Shown here in pieces: positions 27,410 through 40,360 of a stretch of DNA of 64,000 nt; positions within the stretch are counted from its first letter, which is position 1, and each line of letters opens with the position of its first letter. The notes under the pieces were generated by a model. It ran no database searches. It had not been told where the DNA came from and saw nothing but the letters and a program-made list of their open reading frames with translations. The position numbers and the translations under genes are program-made. The stretch spans positions 71,548,001-71,612,000 of the forward strand of contig OX597819.1 of NCBI GenBank assembly GCA_951406725.2, in the 5' to 3' direction. The DNA is from Octopus vulgaris (Eukaryota).

Positions 27410-29400
27410 TGTTACGATGGCCAGTAATTTTTTAGGGGAGAGAACAGGTCGATTGTATCGAATCCAGGGATCAATTGGTATTCATTTTACCAACTGGATG
27501 AAATGCAAGGTGGGCCTCAGCAGAATTTGAACTTAGAACGTAAAGACGGACGAAATGCCGCTAAGCGTTTTGATCGGAGTGCTATATAATATTAAATTTA
27601 TATATTATTATTGAATATCAAAATGGCTTCAAATTCTGAAACAAGGCCCGTAATTTTTTAGGGAGGGGATGAGTTGATTACATTGATCCTCAGTGCTGAC
27701 TTGGTACATATTTTATCGACCCCCCAAAAAGTAAACCTGGGCAGGATTAGATCTCAGGACGTAATGAGTGGGAAAGCATGCCGCTATGCATGTTCTTTGA
27801 CATGCTAGCGATTCTGTCATCTGGACGCCTTAGTTATCATGCATTATTACATCCTATTTCTTTACTACCCACAAGGGGCTAAACACAGAAGGGACAAATA
27901 AGGACAGACAAACGGATTAAGTCGATTACATCGACCCCAGTGTGCAACTGGTACTTAATTTATCGACCCCGAAAGGATAAAAGGCAAAGTGGACCTCGGC
28001 GGAATTTGAACTCAGAACGTAACGGCAGACGAAATACGGTTACGCATTTCGCCCGGCGTGCTAACGATTCTGCCAGCTCGCCGCTTTTTTGCATTATTAC
28101 ATCCGCCTTAACGAAGGCAGAGGTATTGTTTTCAGTCGTGTTTATTTGTTTGTTTGTCCGTGGACAAGGTATCTCAAGAACCGCTGTATAATTTCGGATG
28201 AAACTTTTAAGGATGTTTGGCTTCATGACTGGCACAAACTTATTAGATTTTGGGATCAATCCGGTACCGGACAAGGATTCTGGATTATTTTCCTATGTTT
28301 TTCTTTACTTAAGTTTTGAGAGCGGTCGGGTTCATTTTTAGTATTCTCGTTTGTCAGAGCAGTCGAGTTTATTTCAGATATTCTCATTTAAAAAATCATC
28401 TCCGATTAATGGTTGAGAGGACGTTGGTGTTGCCTTGTTATATATTGTTTTAAGGCGGCGAGCTGGCAGAAACGTTAGCACGCCGGGCGAAATGCTTAGT
28501 GGTATTTCGTCTGCCGCTACGTTCTGAGTTCAAATTCCGCCGAGATCGACTTTGCCTTGCATCTTTTCGGGGTCGATTAAATAAGTACCAGTTACACACT
28601 GGGGTCGATATAATCGACTTTATCCGTTTGTCTGTCCTTGTTTGTCCTCTTTGTGTTTAGCCTCTTGTGTGTAGTAAAGAAATAGGTATTTTGTATGTCG
28701 CTACGTTCCGAGTTCAAATTCTGCCGGGGTCGATTTTGTCTTTCACCCTGTCAGGGTCGATTAAATAAGTACCAGTTACGCACTGGGGTCGATATAATCG
28801 AATTAATGCGTTTGTCTGTCCTTGTTTGTCCTCGCTGTGTTTAGCCCCTTGTGGATGGTAATGAAATAGGTCTTTCTTTGATTTTAAAGACGACGAGATG
28901 GCAGAAACGTTAGCACGCCGGACGAAATGCTTCGCAGTATTTCGTCTGCCGCTACGTTCTGAGTTCAAATTCCACCGAGGTTGACTTTGCCTTTCATCCT
29001 TTCGTGGTCGATTAAATAAGTACCAGTTATGCACTGGGGGTCGATATAATCGACTTAATGCGTTTGTCTGTCCTTGTTTGTCCTCTCTGTGTTTAGCCCC
29101 TTGTCGGTAGTAAAGAAATAGGTATTTTGTATGTCGCTACGTTCTGAGTTCAAATTCCACCGAGGTCCACTTTGTCTTTCATTCTTTCGGGGTCGATAAA
29201 TTAAGTACCACTGAAACACTGGGGCCAGTGTAATCGACTAGACCCTGCCCACAAATCTGAGGCCTTGTGCCTCCAGGAGAAAGGATTATTATATATTATT
29301 TTAAGGCGGTGTGCTGGCAGAATCGCTAGCACGTTGAGCGAAATACTTAGCGGTATACTCTTGTGCCTAGAGCAGAAATAATTATTATATATTATTTTAA
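27410..29400. mobile_element. dense cluster of SINE family A copies, both orientations, including head-to-tail multimers
   Basis: at least seven central domains; 15-bp TSD TGCATTATTACATCC (27840 / 28090) around one copy. Confidence 0.88.
28093..28436 (+). mobile_element. Helentron-associated (HINE/DINE-1-like) element, 3'-truncated
   Basis: TTATTACATCCGCCTTAACGAAGGCAGAGGTATTGTTTT subterminal hairpin followed by (TTTG)n and ATCTCAAGAACCGCTG. Confidence 0.55.
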
Positions 29401-29934
29401 AACATATTCGTGAGAGAGAGAGAGAGAGAGAGGGTAATGGAAATGATGATTGTTACATAAATCACTGGGTGGGATTTGATCTCAGGATGCGCTTCCTTGT
29501 ATTTGTTCCGTCATCGAGAAAATTACAATGAAATCAACTTTAAAACACAGCTTAATGTTTGCAAGAAAGAGTGGGACATATTGGATTATGGGGTACTAAT
29601 TCTACTATAACTGCAGGGAGGGTGAATGGTGGTTGCTACTTTATCACATTTCACTCTAGAAACCAGCGAGAGACCCTATACAAAGGCACTAGTGATGTTA
29701 GAAATAACGACCATGCTCTCCTCAAATCACACTGTCACTATTTTACGTTTTATCTTTTATTTGTTTCAGTCAATGAACCACGACCATGTTAGGGGATCGC
29801 CTTGAGAGGTATAACTGAAGAATTCAAACCCTGTACATTTTCATTTCGCCGAACTCCTGAGTGAAAGAGACATAAACTAGTTGATGATGTATGCAGTGGA
29901 AGACAAACAAATACTAACACACACACACACACAA

Positions 29935-30058
29935 ATCTGTGAGTAAATTATTTGCTGTAGCCCATCTTTTATACCAAGACGATGTACATGATAACACTTT
30001 CAATCAGTTAAGATAAAAAGCCACGAGAACCACTGCTTGGTACTGCATTAGTGTATTT
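29935..30058 (-). mobile_element. fragment of the TAA-associated element also seen at 45210-45725
   Basis: reverse complement of GATTGGAAGTGTTATCATGTACAT..GTCTTGGTATAAAAGATGGGC; abuts (TTA)n. Confidence 0.7.
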
Positions 30059-30079
30059 ATTATTATTGTTATTATTATT

Positions 30080-30501
30080 GCCTTTGCACAGCTTCTAACA
30101 GTCGAGATGCACTACGGTGTCAGCTGTTCACTACCAGTGAACTAAGGTAACGCCTCTTAATTTTCGAGCACCTTCTGGAGTATTCGAGCGGTTCCAAGTA
30201 GTGCTGTTTTCTACAAGTGCTCCACCCTTATTGCAGCCCTTATTTGTTCCACGTACTTCTCGAGATTTTTACTCACTGTTCCCAGGGCTCCGACAATTGT
30301 TGGTACCCCTACTACCTTTTTCATCGACCACAACTGCTTTACCTACCAAATTAACCTGTCATATCTATCCACTTTTTTCTTCCTTATTGCATACGTTGTG
30401 GTCAGCTGGGCATGCTATGTCTATGATCCAGCATAGTTTGGTATTTTTCTCAATTAAGACTATGTCTGGCTTCCTATTATCTATCTAATGGTCGGACTGA
30501 A

Positions 30502-30502
<1 letters not shown>
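30080..30502 (-). mobile_element. 5'-truncated R4/Dong-clade retrotransposon (RLE domain plus 3' UTR) inside (TAA)n
   Basis: IQSDH*IDNRKPDIVLIEKNTKLCWIIDIACPADHNV..K/DRYDRL..VGALGTVSKNLEKY...KTALLGTARILQKVLEN*; TAA repeats on both sides. Confidence 0.85.
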
Positions 30503-30596
<94 letters not shown>

Positions 30597-30598
30597 GT

Positions 30599-30646
<48 letters not shown>

Positions 30647-31304
30647 CGTTGTCGTTGTCGTCATCATTATTATTATTATTATAATTAAGGCACCGAGCCG
30701 GCCGAATCGTTAACACACCCGGCGAAATGCTTAGCCACTACGTTCTGAGTTCAGATTCGACCGAGTTCGACTTTGCCTTCCATTCTTTCGGGCTCGATAA
30801 ATTAAGAGGTAGTGAAGCACTAGTACCCTCCCAAATATTTCAGGCCTTGTGCCCGAAAATTGCTGGTTTTGTGCCAAAATTCGATACCAATATTATTCGA
30901 TTGCTCCAAAACTTTAGTTTGCTAATTATCCTGATGAGAAATATCTTAATTATAAATAACAAAACGGAAAAAAAGGAAAGAAAATTGATTGCTCATTTAT
31001 TGTTCCTGCTTCACAGAGCATATTTTTGTTTAGAATATAAATTCTAAGAATTTTAAAAAGAAAAATGAAAGAAACCGATACACATCTTTGACATCTTTGG
31101 CGATAATAATGAAAACTAATAAATGGAACTTTATTTTTTTCCAGGCAGGACTTTGAAGCAAAGCATGGAGTTATTTTACAATTGGTATATTGGAGAAGTG
31201 CCAATAGTTACAACTGAATTACTTACGTTTACACTCATCCACACACGCATGTATATATTCATATATGCATACTTGCATTCTCACATACATAAATGTTTAT
31301 ATGT

Positions 31305-31501
31305 GACCGCATGTGTACCGTTGGCGATTTTTTTCCTCTGTCTTCCCTTCTCTGGATCTTTCCTTCTTCTATGTATCCGACGAAGAGTTCCGCTCGAAAG
31401 GTTAAACCCTCCTTCTTTCCTTCTTTCCTGAGCGTCCAATAATACTATATTTGTTCCACGTCCTCGCGTTGTTGTGTTTTTTTGTGCTTTCATGTTTGGA
31501 T

Positions 31502-31506
<5 letters not shown>
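31305..31506 (+). mobile_element. ~200-bp solo Penelope terminal-repeat unit with degenerate hammerhead (31373-31407)
   Basis: CCGACGA-A-GAG-TTCCG-CTC-GAAAG-GTT; 3' end joins (TA)n; 3' half nearly identical to 39191-39296. Confidence 0.7.
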
Positions 31507-31555
<49 letters not shown>

Positions 31556-31584
31556 CAAACATACATACATGCATACATGCATAT

Positions 31585-31990
31585 AGACATGGCTATGTGG
31601 TATGAAGCTTGTTTCCCAACGACATGGTTCTGGGTTCAGTCCCACTGCGTGGCACCTTGGGCAAGTGTCTTCTACTACAGCCTCAGGCCTACCAAAGCCT
31701 TGCGAGTGGATATGGTAGACGGAAACTGAAAGAAACCCCTCATCACTCTCTCTCACTCTCGCACTTTTACTCTCTCGCTGTCTCTCTCTCTCTCAGTCTC
31801 AGTCTCGGTCTCTCTCTATATATATATTTGTGTGTGTGTGTGTATGTCTGTCTGTCTTTATGTCTCTGTTTATAGCCCATGACCGACTGACAACCGGAGT
31901 TTGTATGTTTGCGACCCCGTGATCTAGCAGTTCGGAAGGAAATACCGATAAAATATATAACAGACTTAAAAAAAAAACAAGTACTAGGCC
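31585..31990 (+). mobile_element. SINE family B variant
   Basis: head and body similarity. Confidence 0.75.
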
Positions 31991-32726
31991 AATAAAGAGC
32001 CTCTATGTGGATGATGGACTTGCTTGAAACAACAACCAGCTTCCTACTAAATCGCATCTTGTTATCTTTGAAAAGGCAAGACCAGTTGGATAATGTTACC
32101 CGGAATATACTGAGTGTAGAAAATAAGATGGGATGGTCATATGTGAAATGTCTTTACTTAGAGCTGAACTCGGATACAAGAGTAAGTACACACTACATCT
32201 GTTTATCATATCTTCTGTGACGTGGTGGTGGGGGCACCTTCTTCCTCACTTCTCACAATCTCTCTGTGTACCACTCATTCTGTCTCTTCTCTATGTATCT
32301 GTCTGTCTCACTTTTTCTCTTTTTTTCTCACTCTCTCTCTCTCTCTCTCTCTCTCTCCTTTTTTGTCTCTCTCACTCTTTCTCAATTTATCTCACTGAAA
32401 TAATATGTTATGCAACTTCAGAGTTTCACACATGTACTTATATGCGTGCAATATGTATGTATGCATGTTTGTGTATCCATTTATATATATATATATATAT
32501 ATATATAGACATATATACATATATATACATATATATGTGTGTGTTTGTGTGTAATATATTATTTATTGTAAAGCACTTCTAAGAATAACGGCTATGCATT
32601 TGTGGATGCTATGACACTATATTGACAGTCGAGTCAAATTTATGGAGAAGATCAAATTGACGAGGACTTCAGCACACACACACAAACACACACACACCCA
32701 CACACACACACACACGCACAGACACA

Positions 32727-32765
<39 letters not shown>

Positions 32766-33784
32766 GTGGACATCTCTGTAAATATATATGCGCCTATTGA
32801 AACCTGAATATATTTTTATGCAGTTCACCTCTCTATCATAAATTTATTCACACATCAATGGACGAGTGTCCTCTAAATATAATTCTACAGATTCGGTGAG
32901 AGAAGAGAGTGAAAATATGAACATAAATAGTATTAGAGTCGAAAATATACGGCACACACACACACATATATATTTATGTGGGTGTATATATATATATGTA
33001 TGTATGTGTGTGTATGTAAATATGTGTTTGCATATAGTGTATATATATATATATATATATACATACAAATATGCATGTACCATTGATGGTCCTCCGTCCA
33101 AACCTACACAGGCCTGGAACCTGTACTCTTCCAATATAAACTGAAACAAGATATTCTCGTTGCAGCTCATGATCTTACGTGACAGAAATACTGAAGTAAT
33201 ATATAAATATATAAGATATATAGATAGATAGATAGATACATACATACATACATACATACATACATACATACATACATACATACATACATACATAGACAGA
33301 CAGAGAGAAATAGATTAAGCTCATATTGAACAGTGAGGAGGTGTTGTTTAACAAAGCATTATGACTACCAATGGTTTCATGTATACGACCTTTACAAGTG
33401 TTCGAGTGTGCCACATGAGAACATAGGCACTGGTCTCTATTCCGGATGAGAATATATATATTATGTATTATTATATATCACTTTTTTTTTTGATTTGATC
33501 TAGTTTCAGCTCATGTGCTGTGGCCATGCTGGGGCACCGCCATTTGGTGTTGCTACATAATTTCACTTCACTAGTTCTTTTTAGAAATTGACGTTTGGTG
33601 CTTGTATATTTTATGTATATGTGTGTGTATGCATGTGTGTGTATGCATGTGTGTGTACCGGTGCGTGTGAGTGTTACACATTTAGAAAACTTTAGAAGGG
33701 ATTTAATCCAATTAGTTCGATATCAGAAATCACATAATGATGAATTCTAACGTTATTAGACATTTATCAACGACAATACTACTA

Positions 33785-34016
33785 GGCGGTGAGCTGGTAG
33801 AATCGTTAGCACGCCGAGCGAAATGCTTAACGGTATTTCATCTGCCGTTACGTCCTGAGTTCAAATTCCTCCGAAGTCGACGTTGCTTTTCATCCTTTCG
33901 GAGTCCATAAATTAAGTAGCAGTCACGCACACGGGTCGATGTAATCGACGTAATCCCGTTGTCTGTCCTTGTTTGTCCCCTCTATGTTTAGCCCCTTGTG
34001 GGGAATAAAGAAATAG
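33785..34016 (+). mobile_element. full-length SINE family A
   Basis: head to AATAAAGAAATA tail; short direct repeat ATACTAC on both flanks. Confidence 0.85.
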
Positions 34017-34921
34017 ATACTACAAGGATCACCATTTACATACCGTCTTCTGTCATATCAGATGCCGCTTCGTTGTCAATTGACTTTAATAAACAGAATA
34101 CAAAAAGTTGTTTCAAACACATAGTCTACTCTGGTGGTCAGTGATTGTAAGGGAGATAATCGTTTCTAGATTAAATGTTTGAATTTTAAATCGAACAATG
34201 AGGAAAACGATGCACAGAATGTGCATATTTATTCATCTATTCATTTATTTTTCTGACTCATTAGCGAATATCATAAAACTTTTAGTCGTCGGTAATTATG
34301 TATAGCGCCATATCATTCCATTTAGAAATTGTCAGCATGACCCAACTCCAGGCTATAAATTAAACTAAATTAAACATTTTACGAAGTGTGACGTTTTGCA
34401 GATGGAAAATATAGTTAAGAAGACAGTTATAGAAAATGTGTTTTCTTCATTTTTTTCTTCCTAAACCATTTGTAGATCAGCAAGTGAGACAGAAGAGACA
34501 AACGGTTTCCCGTTTATTTGCTCGTTTAAAACAGAAATGAATATATCCAAGTATATCTACTGCATTTGTGTAGTACATATGTAGACAGGAGATGGAGTAT
34601 TTCCCTGCAGATTCTTATGCCCTGAGTTCAAATTAACTGCAAATGCTTTAGGTTTCTTTGGAAATACATTATTTTACACTACCTCAGTAGTGTAAAATAG
34701 GTAGTAGTTGGCATTATTTGAAATCGAACCGTTAGAAGATTTAACATGCATCAGCGAAAGGATTTAATATTCATTCACTTAAACTATAAAATTGGTCCTT
34801 AGCACCGAATTTAACAGCTCTCTTTACTCGTCGGAGGCATTTACATCCGGGTTATTTGTGTCACATGACGGAATTTGCGTTATCGGAAACTGGTGGAAAG
34901 CGTTTTAGTTCGACCGCATCT

Positions 34922-35132
34922 ATGGTTTAAGGGCCTAATTTATATTTGGGATTTAGGGGGCCCAACTTATATTTGGGATTTAAAGGACCTAGCTTGTATT
35001 TGAGATTTACTCGCTATTTAAGAGGTTAACTTGTATCTATGATTTAAGGACAGAACCCGTACATGTAACTTAAGGGTAAATCCAGTCCTTGTCCTTTCAG
35101 GGCACAAGTAATTGTGGTTTTAAAGGCACAGC
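34922..35132 (+). repeat. degenerate ~30-bp minisatellite
   Basis: recurring GATTTAAGGG..C.AACTT.TATTTG. Confidence 0.55.
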
Positions 35133-35589
35133 CTTGTCGCAGGATGTCCCGCTGATTTTGCTTGCAGTCTCAAGTGCACAAACTGAAACAATTAAAAAAT
35201 AAAAGAGAGAAATACAAAAAAATGTCAGTTTATTTCCTTAATCTCTAGTTATTTCTTTAGGTCCCAAATATTAAATAATCAGCGTTCCTTTTCCTTATCT
35301 TTGACAAAATATGTAAGTTACAAATTAAAAGCAATTGTTTATTTTTAAACATTTTTTATCTTATTTATTTATTTATTTATTTTTTATTTTAAAAATTATA
35401 TCATAGTGATTTAACTATTCAAAAATTTAGCAGGAGAGTTATTTGAAGAATCTTGTTCTTCAAATGGCAGCAATGACATTACTCTTATCTCGTCGTAAAT
35501 AAGGTATCTATCAAAACTATTCCCGGATGCAGTTGTATAACGAATAGGGCGTCGGTCGCTGAGAGACTAACAATTAACATATTCCATTA

Positions 35590-36540
35590 AGATGGTTAAC
35601 TAGCAGAAACGTTACCGCTCCGAAAAAAATTCTTACGCATTTACGTTCTGAGTTAAAATATCGCGGAGGTCACCTTTGCCTTTCATTCTTTCGCAGTCGA
35701 TAAAATAAAGTATCGCTCAAGATCTGGGGTCATTGAAATCGACATACGCTGTCCTCTTGCTAACCTTGTGTCAAGACTTGAAATCACTGAAGTAGCAGAA
35801 TCGTTACAACGTCGGACATAACGCTGAGTGGCTTTTCTTCCGACTTCCTTTCTGAGGTCAAATTCCGCCAAGGTCGACATTGGGTTTCGCCACTTTCGAT
35901 GTTGATGAAATAAAGTAGCAGTCGAGCATAGGGTTCGATGTGATCAATCAAACCCTCTCCACAAAATTTCAGGCCTTGTGCCTATATTAGAAAGCATTGA
36001 TATACAAGCGCAGGCGTGGTTGTGTGGTCGACTTTGCCTTTCATCCTTTCGGGGTCGATAAATTAAGTACCAGTTACGCACTGGGGTCGATATAATCGAC
36101 TTAATCTCTCTGTCTATCCTTGTTTGTCCTCTCTATGTTTAGCCCCTTGTGGACAATAAAGAAATAAAAAGTTTGCTTCCCACGCACAAGGTTCTGGGTT
36201 CAGTTCCATTGTGTGACGCCTTTGGCAAGTGTTTTTCTTACTATAGCCTAGGCCTGACCAAAGCCTTGTGGGTGAATTTGGTAAACGGAAACTAAAAGAA
36301 GCCCGTCGTGAATATACATATGTGTTTGCGTGTGTGTTTGTCCCCCATCACTGCTTGACAACCGGCGTTAGTGTGCTTACGACTCATAACGTTGCGGTTC
36401 GGCAATAAGGAATCGATAGATTAAGTACCAGGTTATAAAAAGCAAAGTACTGTGATCGTTCCATTCGACTAAAAATTCTTCAAGACTCTGCCCCAGCATG
36501 GTCGCAGTCCAAAGACTGAGACAAGCAAAAGTAAAAAAGA
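35590..36540 (+). mobile_element. nested SINE cluster (A copies, with an A fragment inserted in the head of a B copy)
   Basis: B head GCGCAGGCGTGGTTGTGTGG at about 36008 interrupted by an A domain, resuming AAGTTTGCTTCC at about 36169. Confidence 0.75.
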
Positions 36541-37033
36541 CACAGAAGATACTCCCTTTCTGTGAGAATTCTAGAGAGCCACACAGAAACAACATAACAG
36601 AATTCTAAAGGTTTAAAATGATGCATGAAGGATAATATTCTTATTTTTACATTGATCCATTGATCAGTGTGTTCGAGCGAGGTTTTAAAGATATTTTCCA
36701 GATATTTTTTTCAAGATTTTGTCAATATTTTGAGGACGTAACACGATGAATGCACAGAAGGCACGAGTTTAGTTCTTTGTCATATTACGTAACAAAAAAT
36801 TATAATGATGAATAAATAAAAAAAATAACGATTACAATTCTCTCAGAGTTTCTTTCTGTTACATTAGGTTTTGAACGCAGTGACACACGCATACACAAAT
36901 GCACACACGTACATGCTCACAGGTACACACACACACACATACACACAGCATTGAAGAGAAAGAGCAGCGGCAGCAACAGCAGCAATAAAGCTGCTTCTCA
37001 GAGCTTATTGCAGTGTGTTTTTGTGTTTTGTCT

Positions 37034-37071
<38 letters not shown>

Positions 37072-37078
37072 GAAGGAG

Positions 37079-37148
<70 letters not shown>

Positions 37149-37404
37149 CGGGAGAGAGAGAGAGAGAGAGAGAGAAAGGAAGTAAGTAAGGAAGGAAGGA
37201 AAGAAGAAAGAGTACGCATAAAATGTTAACATAAACACTCGTGTGAGGAGTCAAAGTTTACCACAGTCAGGTTGAGAAGAGAAGTCACGATTTGTATATT
37301 ATATGTGAGAGTGTGGGTGTGTTTGTCTCCGTGTGTGTGTATTTGCGTGTACGTGTATGCACAGATATATATGTGCATGTATATATATACATATATATAT
37401 GCAT

Positions 37405-37466
<62 letters not shown>

Positions 37467-37660
37467 GTGCACACATATGTGAATGCATATATATATATAT
37501 ACATGCGTGTATATGCACGTACACATATGCATATATTCATATACATACATTTATATAATCTATATCTATATCTCTGTATCTAGTTATGTGTGTAAGCGAG
37601 TTCACGTGTTTGTGTATATATATATATGTATATATATATGTATATATATATATGTATATA

Positions 37661-37730
<70 letters not shown>

Positions 37731-38974
37731 ATCACATACATAGATAAACACGCACACTAAGATATTGAGAAAGAGAGGTTGAGAGTAAGGGGAGACAGAG
37801 GTAGAAAGAGAAAGAGGGTGGGAGAGAGAGAGAGAGAGAGAGAGGTGAGATAAATGCATATACATATATGAGCAATGTGGGATCAATTTGTTCTCCGACT
37901 AATGTTAGGAAGCAGCGGACTGTACACGTATTTGTAATGAACATGTAATATTAATGTGTTAATACAACCGATCTCCTCTAACAATACATACGTTCGCAAA
38001 CTCACTCAACATGCTTACTCGGGTTACGCAATGGCGTCGTTATATCTACACATATACAAACACACACACACACACACTTACACACACGCATGCACACATA
38101 TATGTTCATGTAGATAAATGCAAGCGGATACGCACGCAGAGAGGATTGGATGTACACTTGCTCACAAAAGCACTCCAATATAAAATAAATGGATTAAGTT
38201 ATAACATAATGAGGTGAGGGAAATGACTCCAGTGGGTAAATGGTACGGATTGATGTAATACAAGGAGTAGCGAATGAAGGTGCGTAAGCGGGAGGTCAGG
38301 GTGTAGCACTCACGACTGCAAGATCGTGGTTTCGATTCTCGGTGCATTTTGTTTTTGAGCAAATCACCTCATTTCACGTTTTTTCTAGGTCACTCAGCTC
38401 CAGATGAATAACCCTGCAACGGACTGGCGTTGCGTCCAGGAAAATGCTATAATCTCAATCACTTACACACGATGGAAGCCAGGTAACAGGCTCTATGAGT
38501 CTAAGGGCCCAAAACATGGTAAGCATGATGATGAGCATGATGCTGAAGTAGTGATGTACAGAACAGCGTCCACTAAAAATGCTTAACGAATAAATTGACA
38601 TTTGCTCCTTATTTAGCGCAAGAACCCCCAACATATAGTGGCACTTGTTAGGGATTCTCATGGATAAGGGGAGATAATTTTCGTACTAAATGCTTGAACT
38701 TAAATATTTACGAATATAATGATTTAAGTTCAAACCGTCAGTTCACTTCAGTGGCTTTTCCTTCTGTTTTTATGATTATACAAAACTAACGAAAACAAAG
38801 GAACTTTCTTGGATTTTGCTACAGATAAAATAAATACATGAAACCAACTGATTCGGTTAGTAATATTTCTTCCGAAAACAGTCCTTTTTAGCACGGGTGG
38901 CCCATCAATGAATCATTGATAATTCTTTTTTTCATTAATAACTATCTTTTAACTTATAAATACATAATTCACAT

Positions 38975-39136
38975 AGGCACAGGTGTGGCTGTGTGTTAAG
39001 AAGCTTGCTTCCCAACCACATGGTTCAGGGCTCAGTTCCACTGTGTGGCACCATGGAAGGTGTTTTCTGCTGAAACTTTGGGCCGTCTAAAGCCTTGTGA
39101 GTGGATTTACTAGACTGGAACTCAAAGAATCCCGTC

Positions 39137-39194
<58 letters not shown>

Positions 39195-39293
39195 TCTCTC
39201 CTTCTTCCCTTCTTTCCTGAGCGTCCAATAATACTTTATTTGTTCCACGTCCTCGCGTTGTTGTGTTTTTTTGTGTTTTCTTGTTTGGGTTAA

Positions 39294-39349
<56 letters not shown>

Positions 39350-39512
39350 GTATGTATTTGAGTGACTATGTTTGTCCATCCACCATCGCTTGACAACCGA
39401 TGCTAGTGTAGTTAAGTCCCCGTAACTTAGCGGTTACGGCCAAATGCGGTTCTCCAGCATGACCGCAGTAAAGTAAAAGAGTAAACAAGTAAAACAAGTA
39501 AAAGAGTAAAAG
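38975..39512 (+). mobile_element. SINE family B with a Penelope terminal fragment (39191-39296) nested in its internal (TA)n
   Basis: B head, body and tail are colinear around the insert. Confidence 0.8.
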
Positions 39513-39513
39513 A

Positions 39514-39555
<42 letters not shown>

Positions 39556-39652
39556 CGGGAAGCTTTATGAAAATAGACAAAAGACGAAGGCAGGAGGAAA
39601 ACAAACAAACAATTGTATTAGTATGGCGCTCAGGAAATATAAATAAAACAAG

Positions 39653-39690
39653 TCTTTAACGTTTCGAGCCTACGCTCTTCAACAGAAAGA
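39653..39690 (-). ncRNA. minimal type-I hammerhead ribozyme variant (U at core position 6)
   Basis: UCUUU-CUGUUGA-A-GAGC-GUAG-GCUC-GAAAC-GUU-AAAGA. Confidence 0.7.
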
Positions 39691-40360
39691 TACACAGAGA
39701 AAAAAAAACACAGAAGGAAGGAGAGAAAAATGCGTGCAGTAACTAACGAATCAACATGGCGATCTGATTTCGGCCAGAAGTCAAAGATCAAACATGAGAC
39801 GCGAGAGCGAAATTAGGGGTGATAATAGGGTTGAATGACCTACTCCAACATAAGGGTGTGTGTGTGTGTATGAGAGAGTATTAGTGCGTATGAGAGGTCT
39901 GGACGTGTGTATGTATAGGGTTGGTGTATGTATTAGTATGTATTAGTATGTATTAGTATGTATTAGTATTATTAGTATGTATTAGTTGGTGTATGTATTA
40001 GTATGGCACATCATATATGATGTGATGTGTAAAGTCGTGTGGTGTAGTGTGGAGAGAGGAGAAGAGGGGGAAGGGGATGGGGAGGAGAGGAGGGGGATGA
40101 GAGGAGGGGGAGATGAGGGGGAGAAGGAAGGGGGGAGGAAGGGGGAGGAAGGAGGAAAGAGGGAGAGGGGGGAGTGAAGGGGAGTGAGGGAGCAGAGGGA
40201 AGGGGAAGAGGGAAGGAGGGAGGGAGAAAGAGGGAAGAAGGGAGGAAGGAAGGAGGGAGAGAGGGGAGTAGGGGTGAAAGAATGAAGGACTGAAGAGAAG
40301 TAGGGGTCGGGGGGAAAAGTAGGTGAGGAGGGGGAGAGGGGGGTTAGATGAGGAGGGGGA

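Noticed and set aside
39927-40003. (TATTAGTATG)n and the 52.9-53.25 kb repeats as CRISPR-like arrays
   Set aside because: Eukaryotic context, no unique equal-length spacers, no cas genes.
39982-40360. Pro/Ser-rich C-terminal extension of the Penelope ORF
   Set aside because: Read-through into the low-complexity 3' region after the conserved GLN terminus; probably a lost stop codon.
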